Below are positions 39,276 to 52,527 of a stretch of DNA of 64,000 bases, piece after piece (within the stretch, counting starts at the first letter, position 1; each line of letters opens with the position of its first letter). The stretch covers positions 4,216,001-4,280,000 of the forward strand of contig NW_026262679.1 in assembly GCF_021869535.1 (NCBI RefSeq), in the 5' to 3' direction. A model generated the notes under the pieces. That model did not search any database. It worked only from the letters and a program-made list of their open reading frames with translations, and had not been told where the DNA came from. The position numbers were made by a program, and so were the translations under genes. This DNA comes from Mytilus californianus. Lineage: Eukaryota.

Positions 39276-42200
39276 GGTATAGATTTTAGATACTGACGTA
39301 ATTTATCATCTTAATTACGTGTTATAGTGTTCTTTTATTTGTCTTTGTATATTATTAACATTAACTGTTAAGTCCATTTTTTGGTAATATCCTTTTGGCG
39401 TGGCTCGGTATTTATACATCCCGCCATTGTATTATTGAGCTATGGTAATATTTTGTATTCTTGTCGTTCATTTTTGCTTATGTGCTTTGTCTATATGCCA
39501 TTTTGTTTTTCTTTGTTGACATAGTTGTTTCTTTTTTATAGTGATTAAGATTATAGCTCAATGTTGACTGCTGTACTCCAATTTTTGACATTTTTACCTA
39601 TTATATCTGTTTGTTTTGTTCACACATTGTTGTCAATATAAAGGAATTGTATGAAACTGTCATACAAGTGAGAGGTTAGCTAGCTGTAAAACCAGCTTTA
39701 ATCCACCATTTTCTACATAAGGAATATGTCAGTTGTTTTCCATTCGTTTGATGTGTTTGAGCTTTTGATTTTGCTACTGATAAGGGACTTTCCGTCTTGA
39801 ATTTTCCTTGGAGTTTGGTATTTTTGTTATTTTACTTCTTTTTATTGATAGCGTTCGATTTTGTTTTTATGTACTGCACCTTTTTAAATTTGCCTTGGAG
39901 TTTGGTATTTTGTTATACTTTTTTAATATTCTCTTGTGTTTCGTCCATTCCAAACTAAAAGACAAATTGAAAGAATTTATCCTGCTTTTTTTTCTCTATA
40001 AATTCTCTGAAACTGACATTATGAAGACGTCGAATATTTGAAAGCCAAGGATGATTCAAGGAGGCGATGGTAGATTTGAAAACTAAACCTGATGATTTTT
40101 CAAACAATGTACTAAATTCAGTCTCATTAAGGCCTGTCCTAGGCAAAAGCCAGAACGGATAAAAGTTATGTGAAAGAGTAGACAAGCTAGTGTAATCTAT
40201 TAGAGATATAAATATACCATAGCATTTAAAATTTGATACCGCATAGGTCATGTAGTAAAGTATTATAGAATTTAGCTTAATTTGTATAAATGTTCATGTT
40301 TTTTACTTTCAGAAAGAGATGACAAAAATACAAATAAAACACATATACCATACAATAGATATTCTTGAAATATTTATAAAAACATGAACATGTTTTTCGG
40401 TCAGATATTAATTCCTAGACTGGCGTGTATCAAATGTAACTCTTTGTGCACCTTAAAGTTCCCTTCGTAGCAGAGTGTCTGCTGTCTCCGTGTTTGTTAA
40501 GAGTGAGCAACTTCTAAGGCTAAATATATTTGATACCGGTACTTTTGGTTGATGTTTATCGCTGATTTGGTTGAGTAGAGAATTAAACTACCAAGAATTT
40601 TAGAAGGTTATTCTTGTTACAAGAATGGTCAGAAAGATCTGCTCAACCCATACTAGAGACGTGGGTAATGTGACGAAATTCTGCCGGACATTTCGATTTT
40701 AAGAGTTTTTTTTATATCTTTGGTTATATCATAAACTTCCATTGAAGGAACTTGCAATGAAAATGCTTATTTGCATGTCATTTGGTGATTGTAAGGTGGT
40801 TAAAGTATTATTAGCGTATAAATGGTCCTTATATACCATTGTGTATCTTTCTTAGTATTGGTTACATCTTAGTTAAAACATTCCTTGTTACTAGGCAACA
40901 ATGAGTATCGTATTGCCAAATAATGGTATGATCGAATCCTCTTAAGGAATATATAAACAAATGTTGGTAGTCTTGGTCGGTAATGCTTACAAATTCATAC
41001 ATGGTTGGTGACCTTCTGCTGTTGTCTGTTCTATGGTCGGGTTGTTGTCTCTTTGACACATTCCCCATTTCCATTCTCAATTTTATGATAAGTTTATCAC
41101 ATCAATGCCTAAAGCAAGCAGAAAAAAGAAGAACATATACCAACATATTTATTTAAACTCCTACAGACCATTAAATATTTAGTGTAGTCCGATTACACAC
41201 GCAGCCACACATACATAATATGTTATTCAGGTCTCAGACAGTGTAGATAATGTGACATTCCCAGCTTAGTATTTAAATTCGAAGCCGAAGCCGAATGGAC
41301 GCCATTCAAACTAAAATCGTCTTTTATCGCAGTCTGGATCTGTTTTTTATCATGAGATCCCTAGCACTAGCGAATAAAGATGAACATCTGGACATTGTTT
41401 CGAACATTGAAATGACTGTTCTATGTTTACCAATACTCTGAAACTGGGTAGAATTATTTTCTCCTAGCTTATGTATGCTTGAGAGAAGACGAGACATTGA
41501 ACAAAGTGAGCGTTAACCTTTAGAAAGTAAAGAAAGATTACTGAGCAAGATGAGTTTTAGAGCCAGAAGAGATGATTCCATATAACTAGAAGAGCTCTAA
41601 TATAGTGAGAAATATTAGGTAAGATATTAATTCGCGCCTTCGTAGATAGAAGAGCTTACGGGGTCGAAAGAACTAATTAAGAACAAAAGTCGTCCTCCTG
41701 ATATATAAGTCTCAGATCAATTCTCGAAGTTTGCTGTTTGGCATGATTTTGTTTTTGCTTTAGTTTATTGTTTTTAGCATAAATCAGGTCGTTGGTGTCC
41801 CTTTAGAATTGTTTCACATTTAATCAAGCCAGGAACTTATATTGCTTGTTGCATGCCAAGAAATCTTAGCGCAAAAATTCAGGTAGACTACCTATGGTCC
41901 TCATGTGTAGTTAATATTTCGAATTAAAGAAATAAGGGTATGATCCGTGTCGCTTAAAATAAGGTCATGTATTCAAGGATGTAATAAACCAGCCATGCAA
42001 TTGGCACCATGGGGATGTTTGCAAAATTTAAGGGATGGCAATTTTTTGGCATGCAGCTTAGGGGTTTCTTACATTTTCAATTCTTTATGAACACTTAATT
42101 GAGATCACCCATTGTTGTTTTTCTTTTTTGTCATGGCATTGTCAGTTTGTTTTTCGACATATGAGTTTAAATATCCCATTTGTATCTTTCGTCTCTTTTT

Positions 42201-42509
42201 TTCCACAACAGCATGGACCCAATAAGTATTATCAGTATACTCGTCGTCTGAAACTACATTTCCGATATTATCAGTATACTCGTCTGAAACTACTTCGTCC
42301 TCAGTCGATATACCACTTTTGGCATCGACCTCATACTTTGTCCTCAGATCATATACTTTTTTAAGTCGACACATCCTCGTATCGACCTCATTCAAAGGTT
42401 ATAATTGTAAAATATTGCATGATCATGTAAACATTGTATTTTTATGTACTGTAATTCGGAGCGGACTTCATAAGTATTATTCACTTGTGTCCAATCCATT
42501 TTAATTTTA

Positions 42510-42725
42510 GAGGCCCCTCATGGGGGTGTCCAAGTAATCACATAATCACAATTTTTTTACCAATATAATCACATAATCATTAATTATTTTTTTAAACAAG
42601 ATAATTAAATAATCAAAAATACAGTCCTATATTATCAAATAATCATGAAATATTTGGTCTGGTAATCAAATAATCACTATAAAACGGCCAAGTAATCACA
42701 TAATCAAAAACCCATGAGGAGGCTC
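42510..42725. mobile_element. MITE with internal aatcacataatc repeats
   Basis: Inverted termini gaggcccctcatggg / cccatgaggaggctc. TSD not resolved. Confidence 0.55.
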
Positions 42726-43306
42726 ATTTTACTTATTTTAGTTTTAGTAAATAAAATGTGTTTAAACTAGAAAGAATAGACGTATATTGGTTTATTTAAA
42801 TCACAGGTACTAGACGAGTTTTTTTTTCAAAAAATAAGTATATATACTGAATATACTGAATATACTGTATTGTATTCAGTATATATACATATTTTAAAAA
42901 GAATCTCGTCTCGTATCCGTGATTAAAATAAACGAATTATAAATAGACTGATTACGATATCTGTTGTTATTTTCGCAAAAAAAAAAAGACATTTTGGTTG
43001 AAATACAGATCCTGTTGATTATGTAAAGGAAGCAACAGGATCTGTATTTCAACCAAATTGTCTGGTTTTTTTTTGCGAAAATAACAACAGATATCGTAAG
43101 CAATGCTATTCATTTTGTGAAAGTAAATAACATATCACTTTATTTCTTGAAAGGCCTAGTCTCTGTCCTTTCAGCGCGTTAAAACAGTATTAATAATTAT
43201 ATGATACATCGTAGGTACATGACTTTGATAATTTATGCAACAACATCACGTGATTATTGTTTATATGACAAAGTATAAGGTTAATATCTAGGCTGTCGTT
43301 GTTGTA

Positions 43307-43414
43307 ATGGTATTTGACCTTTGTGTTGTTGGTGCTGGATGTATTGGGTCAGCAACTGCCAGATATGGATCAAATATTGGGACTGTATGCCTCATTGGAG
43401 TTAAAGAAGCAGAG
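43307..43414 (+). CDS. FAD-dependent oxidoreductase (sarcosine oxidase-like) paralogue 2, exon 1
   Basis: MVFDLCVVGAGCIGSATARYGSNIGTVCLIGVKEAE. Gene model: 43307-43414, 46527-46671, 47500-47992, 51013-51131, 51697-51843, 52711-52955. 418 aa, same intron positions and phases as paralogue 1. Confidence 0.92.
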
Positions 43415-44471
43415 GTAACAAATCGATTCACATCAAATGCATTTACTACCTTAAAGTTGCTTTCTTTAAAAAAAGAAAAGTAACACGTGAACCCAAGACC
43501 GCTGACTGGTCACCAAAAAATTGTTGCTGAATTTTTGTTTGCTTTTGAATTGAAATACTTGACTTTCAATAGATAAGATAATGATAATGTTAAAACACCT
43601 TTATTGAAAATATGCAATTGTGTGTAGATTCTTGCACAAGTCAGTTGAAAGCAATGTTGGATAGTTGTGAATAGAAAATGTGAATAGAAAAGTGTATATA
43701 TACAGCTTCTATTTTATAACACTCAATAGTGTGTTAAAGTTACATTCTTAGGCACTTATATGATTTAATGTAGTAACTGCATCAGTTTATTTACAAACTG
43801 ATCCACGCCTAGATAGATTGAATGTTGATTGTTGCTATTTTTAGACACTATATACAGCTTCTATTTGAATATATATTTTAAAGCTCGATTATTTTATTTA
43901 TTACTTGGGAATGTACATCATTTTTTCATAACCCTTTTGCAAATCCCAGTTTCTACAAACCGGATGTCTAATTCAAATTGCACAAACCAATCGCAATATA
44001 AATTTAAGCACTCAGTTTGCTTAATAATCTGGATGCATTTATTTTATCTATCATATCTTCATCTTTTGTTTCCTGCATGGATGCCTTCAATTATTCTCAA
44101 CTTGTTATTGAAGCTGTTTGTACTCATGGTAGATGTTGTATAGATAAATTTAAAGTCCAATTTCCATGTGAAGTGAAACCCTGTGTCATGCAATTTATAT
44201 AATAATGTTTCGTATATTTTTCTTGAGAGTAACACCCCCAGCTTCATTGTGACCTCTTAAATAGAGACTTATTTTGGTCTCATAAAACATCTCAAATTTT
44301 AAGGACTTCCTGATTTTACTTACATCAATCCATATATTCTACAGGAAAACTTGGTTTTGATGAATATCTAATTTTCAGAAGTTTTATGAATACCTGAACA
44401 TACTCTCAAAAGAACCAATTTATATAAAAAGATATGTAGATATAAAACGATACCAGGATGAAAATGTTGTA

Positions 44472-44515
44472 CGCCAGACGCGAGTTAAGTCTACAAAGAA
44501 TCAACAGTGACGCTC
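44472..44515 (-). ncRNA. Degenerate hammerhead motif
   Basis: Minus strand: cgtca ctgttga ttctttgtagac ttaa ctcgcgtc tggcg. The core is broken. Confidence 0.5.
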
Positions 44516-46121
44516 GAATAAAAAAAGTTAAAAAGGTCAAATAAAGTACGAAGTTAAGTAATCTATTCCTTAGGTAGAAAATCCTTAGCATTTCGAAAAT
44601 GTCTAAGTTTATAATAGTATACAGTGACTAAAAAAAAGAGAAACAGCTAGAGGTCAGAATACCGTAAGTAATGATAAACTTGCTTGAAAGTCACATGGCA
44701 AGCTCTTATATTACTGCCGTGAACTGGGTGTAGATAAGAAAAGCGAATATTCGCATTTACGAGTGAAATAAATATTTATGCATGCACGTGGTATTTTTGC
44801 GCAAGAAATAGTAAATAGAAAGCATACGCATTGATACTCTGGATAAGAATACGCATTTGTACCATAGTACAAATATTTAGATGCTATAAGGTTGAACTTT
44901 AAAACAAACAAACAAAAAAAGAATTGAAATTCATAGTACATACATACCTGTTAGTAATTTTTTTCCGAAAAATTTAGAATATTATTTTATAATATCAATA
45001 AACACAAACGTCAAGTATTTACGGATGGGCATTTTATTTATCAAATTAATCTCTTTTTAAAGTCTAATATTCCACTATATGAATATATTGCTATACAAAA
45101 TATAAGCAGAGACTTATGAATCCATTCTAAAACAGTATAAAATAATTTACATTATGATTGTAAAATAATAATTACGTTTTTTGTGACATGCAATGATTTA
45201 ATTTAAAAGTCCTTGTGAATTGAAACCATGCAAGTATTTTTTCATTCACGAACGTTTAAAATTTAGATATTTAGCTAACATTGGGTACGCATCCCTGCTC
45301 ATTGGTGCTCATACGTTGCATATAAGTTTCATAAATATAATGACTGTTCAAACCTGTGAGACATGATGCACGTACATGTATATATGACAATTTTAATTAT
45401 ATTCTATTAAGAATAAATTCAGTCTCAGTTTAAACTTAATAATGAGTATTCTCTTAGTCTGGTAGTATCTATAAATGAAATTCGATATTTTTGACAGAAA
45501 AGTCCTTTTGTTTGATTATATTTCTGCTTTCCGACCACTGTGTTTTCGACCTAAGATAAATATTTTAAAAGAAATATCGTTTTCTTAATTTTCTTCATGC
45601 TTTCCGACAATTTTCCATGCTATGATTGAAATACATAATATCAATTGATAAACGTTCAGAAATAATCAATTAATTCTGGGACATTATATATCAATAAACT
45701 ATTCCCAGGTTTGTCACAATGCACAACAGCACGCTGTATTAAATACTACACACACACAACGCGTTCAGGGGTCGTCTCAAGGCTTGAATTATATAATTGC
45801 GTTATTATTTTACTTGATATTTAGTAAACATTCACATTATTAAAAACACATATGTTTTGTCAAAAGGCAAATAGGTTCTAACGTATAAATGATTTTTTGA
45901 CTGCAACCTAGTCTATTGTTTTACTTTCCAATCTACAAATGAACTTTGATTGTTGAAATATACAACGTCACGTGCCAGTCGCCGAGCTTAGTCAATTGCG
46001 CCTAAATGCCTACTGTCAATTTATAAGGGCCAAAATTATTATTTAATTATCCTGCAAGATTAACATAACAGATATAAACTAATCAAATATACCGTGAAGA
46101 TACCAGGTTTATAATTTGGTA

Positions 46122-46164
46122 CACCAGACTCGCGTTTCGTATACACAAGACTCATAAGTGGCAC
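46122..46164 (-). ncRNA. Degenerate hammerhead motif
   Basis: Minus strand: gtgcca CTTATGA gtc ttgtgta tac GAAA cgcga GTC tggtg. Confidence 0.55.
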
Positions 46165-46526
46165 TCGAATCAAACCAGTTGGAAAACCAAATCAAATATA
46201 AAGCTTAAGAGCAAATAAAACCGAAAATTCCAAAATATGTGCAAAATACTTTTTAGACAGTCCATATATACCTGAAGTAGAAAAACAATAATGTTTGAAT
46301 ATTTCAACATTTAATAAACAGTAAATTTACAGAAAATGAACATATCTATGATATTTAATGTCAGCTCAAAAGGCAAAAGAGCTTTCATTCTTACAAAAAA
46401 AAAAGAAAAAAAAAAAAAAAAGCGGACTTCGGACCCCTCAATCTAGACATAATAAATTCGCTTTTTAATTACAACAATTTTCAAATATTGTAATCCTTCT
46501 AATGATTGTCTTTTTTCTTATTCAAG

Positions 46527-46671
46527 GACCCAAGTGCATCAGGTGAAAGAGATATATTTGGTGCCCATTACGATGAGGGGCGAATTACAAGGTCTTCAGA
46601 CAGTGATTTTGTTTGGTCGAGTCTTGCCAAAGAATCTATTGCCAGGTATCGGGAAATAGAAAGTTCATCCG
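46527..46671 (+). CDS. Sarcosine oxidase-like paralogue 2, exon 2
   Basis: AG/GT bounded, 145 nt: DPSASGERDIFGAHYDEGRITRSSDSDFVWSSLAKESIARYREIESSS. Confidence 0.93.
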
Positions 46672-46794
46672 GTATGGAAAATATTTCGAATTCTTCTTTA
46701 CTAAGTTTCTTCATAGTGACTCCAAAGGTTGCCTGGGGTATAGAAATATAATCACCCAGACTCCTGTCGAACAGCAAGAACCTCAATCTAATTA

Positions 46795-46855
46795 AAATAT
46801 AGAACTCGGATTTCGTTATACTACATACGTATAACGAAATCCGAGTTCTATATTT
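46795..46855. repeat. Perfect 27-bp inverted repeat with 7-nt loop
   Basis: aaatatagaactcggatttcgttatac - tacatac - gtataacgaaatccgagttctatattt. Confidence 0.95.
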
Positions 46856-47499
46856 AATTTTTAGTTAGATTGCAAGAACCTGTGAAGATGGCGTCGTTTG
46901 CCTGTGCGGGATGCATAAAGACGCAACTATGTTCGGTTGGAATAGGGGCGTCAAATCTGATGTCTCTCTAATGGAGACTGCCTCCCCTCTCCTTATAAAA
47001 GAACTCTTTGCAAATCACTAAAATGAGAAGCTAATACGTGGCGAATTACAAGCCAAAATGTCTGCCCATATCGAACATATATTCTTTTTTAATCGGCGGT
47101 CCAAATCTGACGCCCTTCATTCCGGTTGAAACTATTGAATTTGTTTTTAATGTGTTCTCGTCCTGATTATGCATGACATATTTACCATTAGCTTTAAACA
47201 ATCAACAATCAATTTATCATATGAATAAGCGTGAATTTTGACGATTATATATAATAGCTTTTATGTCCTATCGCACCTCTTTTTAATATGCATTTATAAC
47301 ATTTCATGTTCATCGACTCTACATAGCCATTTTGTACTGCCTTTGAGTTAACATTTACAATCAATTCATTTTCTTTTCTTCTGATTTTTTTTTAAAATCA
47401 TGTAATTATGCTGGAACCCCCAGACGCACATTTAATAGAATCCAATTACAAAGAATATAGATATGTACCTGTGTTGTATATCAAATTACCTTTTTGTAG

Positions 47500-47992
47500 G
47501 CATACCTTTTTATGATGAAACTGGATACATTATATGTGGTTCTGTTGGTAAAGAATTCATGAGGACAAACAAGGAATGTGCCAAGAGCCATGGAATAAAT
47601 ACCAAATTGTGGCCAAGCAAAGAACTGAAAAACCATTTCCCATACTTGAATTTCTCCGAATCTGATGAAGCTATTTACGAAAAGAATAATTCTGGATATA
47701 TAAGTCCAAGGCGTTTAATAGAAGCGCAAATTACAATTGCAAAGAGACAAGGTTGTCACGTGATTGAAGCGGTGGCAAATGAAGTAGAGAGATGTGTTAT
47801 TGGCGGGGAATATTTAATGTGTGTTTCGACAGAAAGCGGTCAAAAGATATATGCAAAGAAAGTATTACTTGCAACGGGTGCTTTTACTTCATTCAGGAAA
47901 CTCCTGCCGAAATATGTCAATATTGATGTATCTTTGCGTCCAATTACTGTAGCTCGAATCGAAATTAGTCTAGACGATTACAAAAAAATTAG
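47500..47992 (+). CDS. Sarcosine oxidase-like paralogue 2, exon 3
   Basis: AG/GT bounded, 493 nt: GIPFYDETGY...SGYISPRRLIEAQ...KKVLLATGAFT. Confidence 0.95.
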
Positions 47993-49255
47993 GTATGGTT
48001 ATATTAAAACGGCAGTTATAGAATGAGTTTTTAAATTCATTAAAAGATTATTGTGAAATTAACTAAAAATAAAAGATTGACAAAATCAATGTTATTATAT
48101 GGTACAAGTATACGATGAACACAAAATAACCGACATTAAAGTAAAAACAAAACATTCCAGTTTACATATAACAGAACGGGAATCCATTTTTTCTCTCACC
48201 TTTTTAAACCGTACACGTTTTTTATTTGTAATTCCTAAATATTAATTTTCAATTTTCAAAGTGCAAACTATTTTTATATGTATATTTATCTTCAAAGTCT
48301 ACTCATATGGAGCCCATGCCACTCCCAATTCCCCTCCAAAAGGGGGACTTATTTTCAATTCTGAGTCGATTAAATTCCTTTGTATATATTCAAATTCTTA
48401 ACTAGTACTCCAGCATTATTTGGCTTGTGCTCAGATACTAGAAATAAGTATTTGTTTGCTGTATGAAATTACGGGATTGCCGAAACAACCCTGCAAATGA
48501 GCAAGATCAGATGGGTAATTTACTAAACACCAATTTCACTGTCGTACAGCCAGTAATGGTCATCACATATAATGTGCAGAAGGTTACAACAAAATCTTTA
48601 ATGTATTAGAAATGAGCGAAGGAAGATCGGTTTTCCCTCAAACAGAAAACAAAACTAATTCCGTATGTTGTGTTCTAGAGAAATCTATGATATTAGTAAA
48701 GACACTTTTTATTTCGAATACAACAACAGGAATATAATATAGATATTTTGCATCATAGGTCACGATATAAATATGGCCATACCTAATAGTAAAACAAATG
48801 TTCATAAGTTTTTCAGTTTCCAAGACGATGGATGGATGGATCCTATTCCCATTAGTGGCACTTCGTTTTTTTCCTCGGGGATAACAATATTTTCAACTTT
48901 GAAATGGCAAAATACTTTTGAATAACTTAATTTTTTTTAAAGTTTACTTTGATTTTTTTATTTATTCTCGATAAAAACTAAATATTTTCACTTCCCTTCC
49001 GGAATTTTTTTTTGTCCCCATGAAATTCAAAGTACACAATTAATTAAAATAACATTTTCCCAAAGATGAATGGTCTATTCCTTTTATCATTTAACAGGAC
49101 ACAAAACTACCGAGAGACTGAATTCACAATTATTTCGTACTTTTTCTAATTGTCTTTTCGTCAAGAAAAAATAATCATTCAATCAAATTATAAATTACTG
49201 ATCAAATGTATTTAACATTGATTTCGATACAAAGTCATGTGTAATAAATACTATT

Positions 49256-50853
49256 CAGTGGCGTAGCTAAGCCATTTTTAAGTGTACGCCCGAACCTCGG
49301 CGAGGGGTTTGAGGGTCCCCAGCGGGTACAGGACAATGGACCTCCCAGCAGGGGTCCGACGGAAGCTAACGATTTATTGAGAGAGATACTATTTCTGTCA
49401 TTAAAACTCATCAATAGCAACATACTTTAAAGTCTAATTTCTTGATTTTTTCATGTATAATTTATTCAGTGTGTTGATTTGGAATCTAATGGCCAGTAGT
49501 TGTTACTATGAAATATGTTTAAAGGGAGATGTGGGGTAAAAAAAATCAATCGACCAAAGATCCAAACCTTTCGAAATATAAAAAAAAGCAAGTCTACATT
49601 TTCAATGGTGTCGTTCTTCTGATTATTATGACTTAATCTAGTTTCCTCCCCTTTTATGCGCAAATTTTGTAAATGGACAAGTACATGCAATAATAAATCT
49701 TCATAGATGGTCATGTGTGATATAAACATACTCAAAGGGTTCCGTGGAATCCTGTGTTTCGCCTGGGATTGCTGCTGTCGGTTAAACTATAAAAAGTGAA
49801 TCCATTTATTAGTCAAATACAGGATTTAAAAGTAATCAAACTTTTCTTTAAATGTTTTTCTTGATCTTGGAAGATAAGCTTCTGTCCAAGTTTCATAACA
49901 ATCTATGAAAATTTACAAATGTAGCAGGTGGAAAATATTCAATTCAAGACCGTCTGCTAATTGCCCCCCAAAAAAGGGTAAAATACTGAAAAATGAAAAA
50001 AAAAATTTAGACTGAAATTTGCTGACTGTTGTAAAAGTTTTGAAATCATTTAAAAATAAAGGAATATATCTCCCCCGTGCAAAGCTCTGATTCTTTGTCC
50101 GGAATTGGCTATACTTTAGGTACAATTTATTTTGATCAGTTCTTCCAATGTTTTTATTTGGTTTTGGATTTTCAAATATTTCGGCCTCGAGCATCACTGA
50201 TGAGACATTAATTGTCGAAATGCGCATCTGGTGCAAAAAAAAAAATCGTTGGTGTTAACATTTTTACATAAAATTCGATGAAGTTTTGACAAAGTAATTG
50301 ATGCGTAACAAACAGTATCTACTTGTTAACTAATAAAAACAATGTTCTTTTCAGTAAAATGCGGAAAAATTAAAAGTAAATTTTCATAATTATGCTCAGG
50401 ATACTCTTTTGATCATAAAAAAATTTCTGCCTATATTCTGTAAAATTTCATAAAGGTTTTACAAATTCATTGATGTTTTAAAAAAAAATTTAACCACAGG
50501 CTGAACATAAATATTGACGACGCCAACGCCGATTACGGAATGTCTCGCAGGCTCGACAAAACTGCATATCGTATCTCAGCAGATAATGAATTGCTTTAAA
50601 CTATAGGAAAGGGAGAATAATTCACAGTAGATTCAGATTTTGACAGAAAACGAACAAATAAATAATATGATACCATTTGATTAAAAAGTAAATTTCTTCC
50701 GACTGTTATTTTCAATTACAAGTCAGTGGAGAAAGAACTACAAGGCTCATGTGCTTTTAGCCAGATCTTTTAATCTATTTAGATTAAAATATTTTTTTTC
50801 CAAAATTCATGTGTACGCCCGGGCGTTTTGACGTAAACGTAGCTACGCGCCTG
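49256..50853. mobile_element. Possible hAT-like non-autonomous element in intron 3 of paralogue 2
   Basis: Termini cagtggcgtagcta / tagctacgcgcctg, each with a nearby gtgtacgccc motif. No matching 8-bp TSD. Confidence 0.45.
50191..50234 (+). ncRNA. Minimal type I hammerhead ribozyme, predicted fully intact
   Basis: gcatca CTGATGA gac attaatt gtc GAAA t gcgc ATC tggtgc. Canonical core, three pairing stems, palindromic GCGC loop III, AUC cleavage triplet. Confidence 0.88.
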
Positions 50854-51012
50854 AATACAAGATAACAAACTTCAAATCGTGGAAATGAGGTATGAGGGTC
50901 ATCTTAGGCACTGCAGTGTGTGTTTTATGTTGTAAACTAAGTTTTTAAATTTGCCTTTATGTGTATGGGGAATGTTGGAACATTTCTATATAATTATATG
51001 ACTATATTTCAG

Positions 51013-51131
51013 AAATATGCCATCGATTTCTTATTGTGGTACTGGCGCTGCAGATTGGATGACAAAATTTATTCGACGGTCAGATAACACAGTAAAATTC
51101 TATATGCTGCCACCTGTAAAATATCCTGATG
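51013..51131 (+). CDS. Sarcosine oxidase-like paralogue 2, exon 4
   Basis: AG/GT bounded, 119 nt: NMPSISYCGTGAADW...FYMLPPVKYPDG. Confidence 0.92.
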
Positions 51132-51696
51132 GTATTTCAATTAAAATATAGTGAAAATTTTGTATGTAGAAACACACAGATTTTTCAAAATTTGCCCAAG
51201 GTGTATTTAATAGAAGAAAAAAAATCTTAGCTTTATCTTGAAAATTTCGTTGAAGAAAAATTTCTTTGTATTCTTTTGTCCTGGCCGAAACTTTATCATC
51301 ATTTGACTTTGGCATGAAGGCGTACTATCATACGACGGCGTGTCGCATATCATCATGACCTTCGCAAGTAAGATAAATGCTTGCTTAAAATGAATAGAAG
51401 GAGATGTCACAAAGGCTAGACGAATTCTTCCCGAACAAATCAAATCTAAAATCAGATTTTAATATACAATTTGATTAAATGTACGCTATAAAAATTTTGT
51501 ATGTTTAATAGATATTATGTTGCACTTTTGTCAGAACAGAATGATTTGGCTTTTAAGTTAAAGTCCTGGTTAACAATCTTTATTTTGCTTTAAAGTTCTA
51601 AACTATAGGTTAACATATGAAAATAATCCAGAAAAGAACTTTGTAAGCCGAAAAATAAGCATATCTTACTTTAAATTCAAAATGTGTTATTTACAG

Positions 51697-51843
51697 GAAA
51701 GTACTACATCAAATTAGGTCACGACAGTGATGACTTCCCTAAAATATTGAGCACAGCAACAGAAGTAAAACATTGGTACTGCAGTAGAGGTGATGAAAAA
51801 ATGATTGAAGATATAGTTACTATTATCAAAGATATTGTTAAAG
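51697..51843 (+). CDS. Sarcosine oxidase-like paralogue 2, exon 5
   Basis: AG/GT bounded, 147 nt: KYYIKLGHDSDDF...EVKHWYCSRGD... Confidence 0.92.
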
Positions 51844-52304
51844 GTAAAATGGAGATTTTGGGGTAAAAACAGTGACAGATGCAAAGGAGGACAAAGAGGA
51901 CGAACGTCCCCTTTTGATCGGAAGATTTTTTTTTTTAGTAAAATCATCAACAACAAAAATCGATATTTTTCCTACTATTTTAATAGGACAATTGCGCACA
52001 TCCTGCCTCTAACCCTGGATGCGCCACTGAATGGCATGGAGACAGCACCCAAACAAAACAAACTATTCTAACATAGATAATTATCTAGATATCACAACGG
52101 ACCAGCAACCAAACCATATCGCCTTAGTTTTATGGTTTTATATATAATTCATGTGACCATTCTAAAAATTGTTCATACTAGGTGGTCATAAATCTAATCA
52201 TGATACAATACAACGAAATTATATTTACTGATGACATCTTTACTGGGTCTGCGTTTAAATGATATTCAGGACGAGAACATTTTAATGTAATATGAATATT
52301 AACC

Positions 52305-52527
52305 ATGCTTTGTACTAGACCGACACGCTGACCAGGATTTTAACGTGCTAGTTCACATGGTAACAACTCCGAACCGACCAGTCTTTGCTCTAACTCCTTG
52401 ATGCCGAGTGCTTAGCGGAGAAGCAGAACATACAAATTTCAAAGTCTGGTTTAACCCGGCCGGGGTTCGAACCTACTACCTCCCGCACTAGAGGCCGGAA
52501 CACGCTACCACGAGAACATCGAGGCGC
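52305..52527 (-). mobile_element. tRNA-derived SINE
   Basis: The minus strand begins with a tRNA-like head with A-box-like (tggtagcgtg) and B-box (ggttcgaacc) sequences, followed by a non-tRNA body. Confidence 0.7.
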
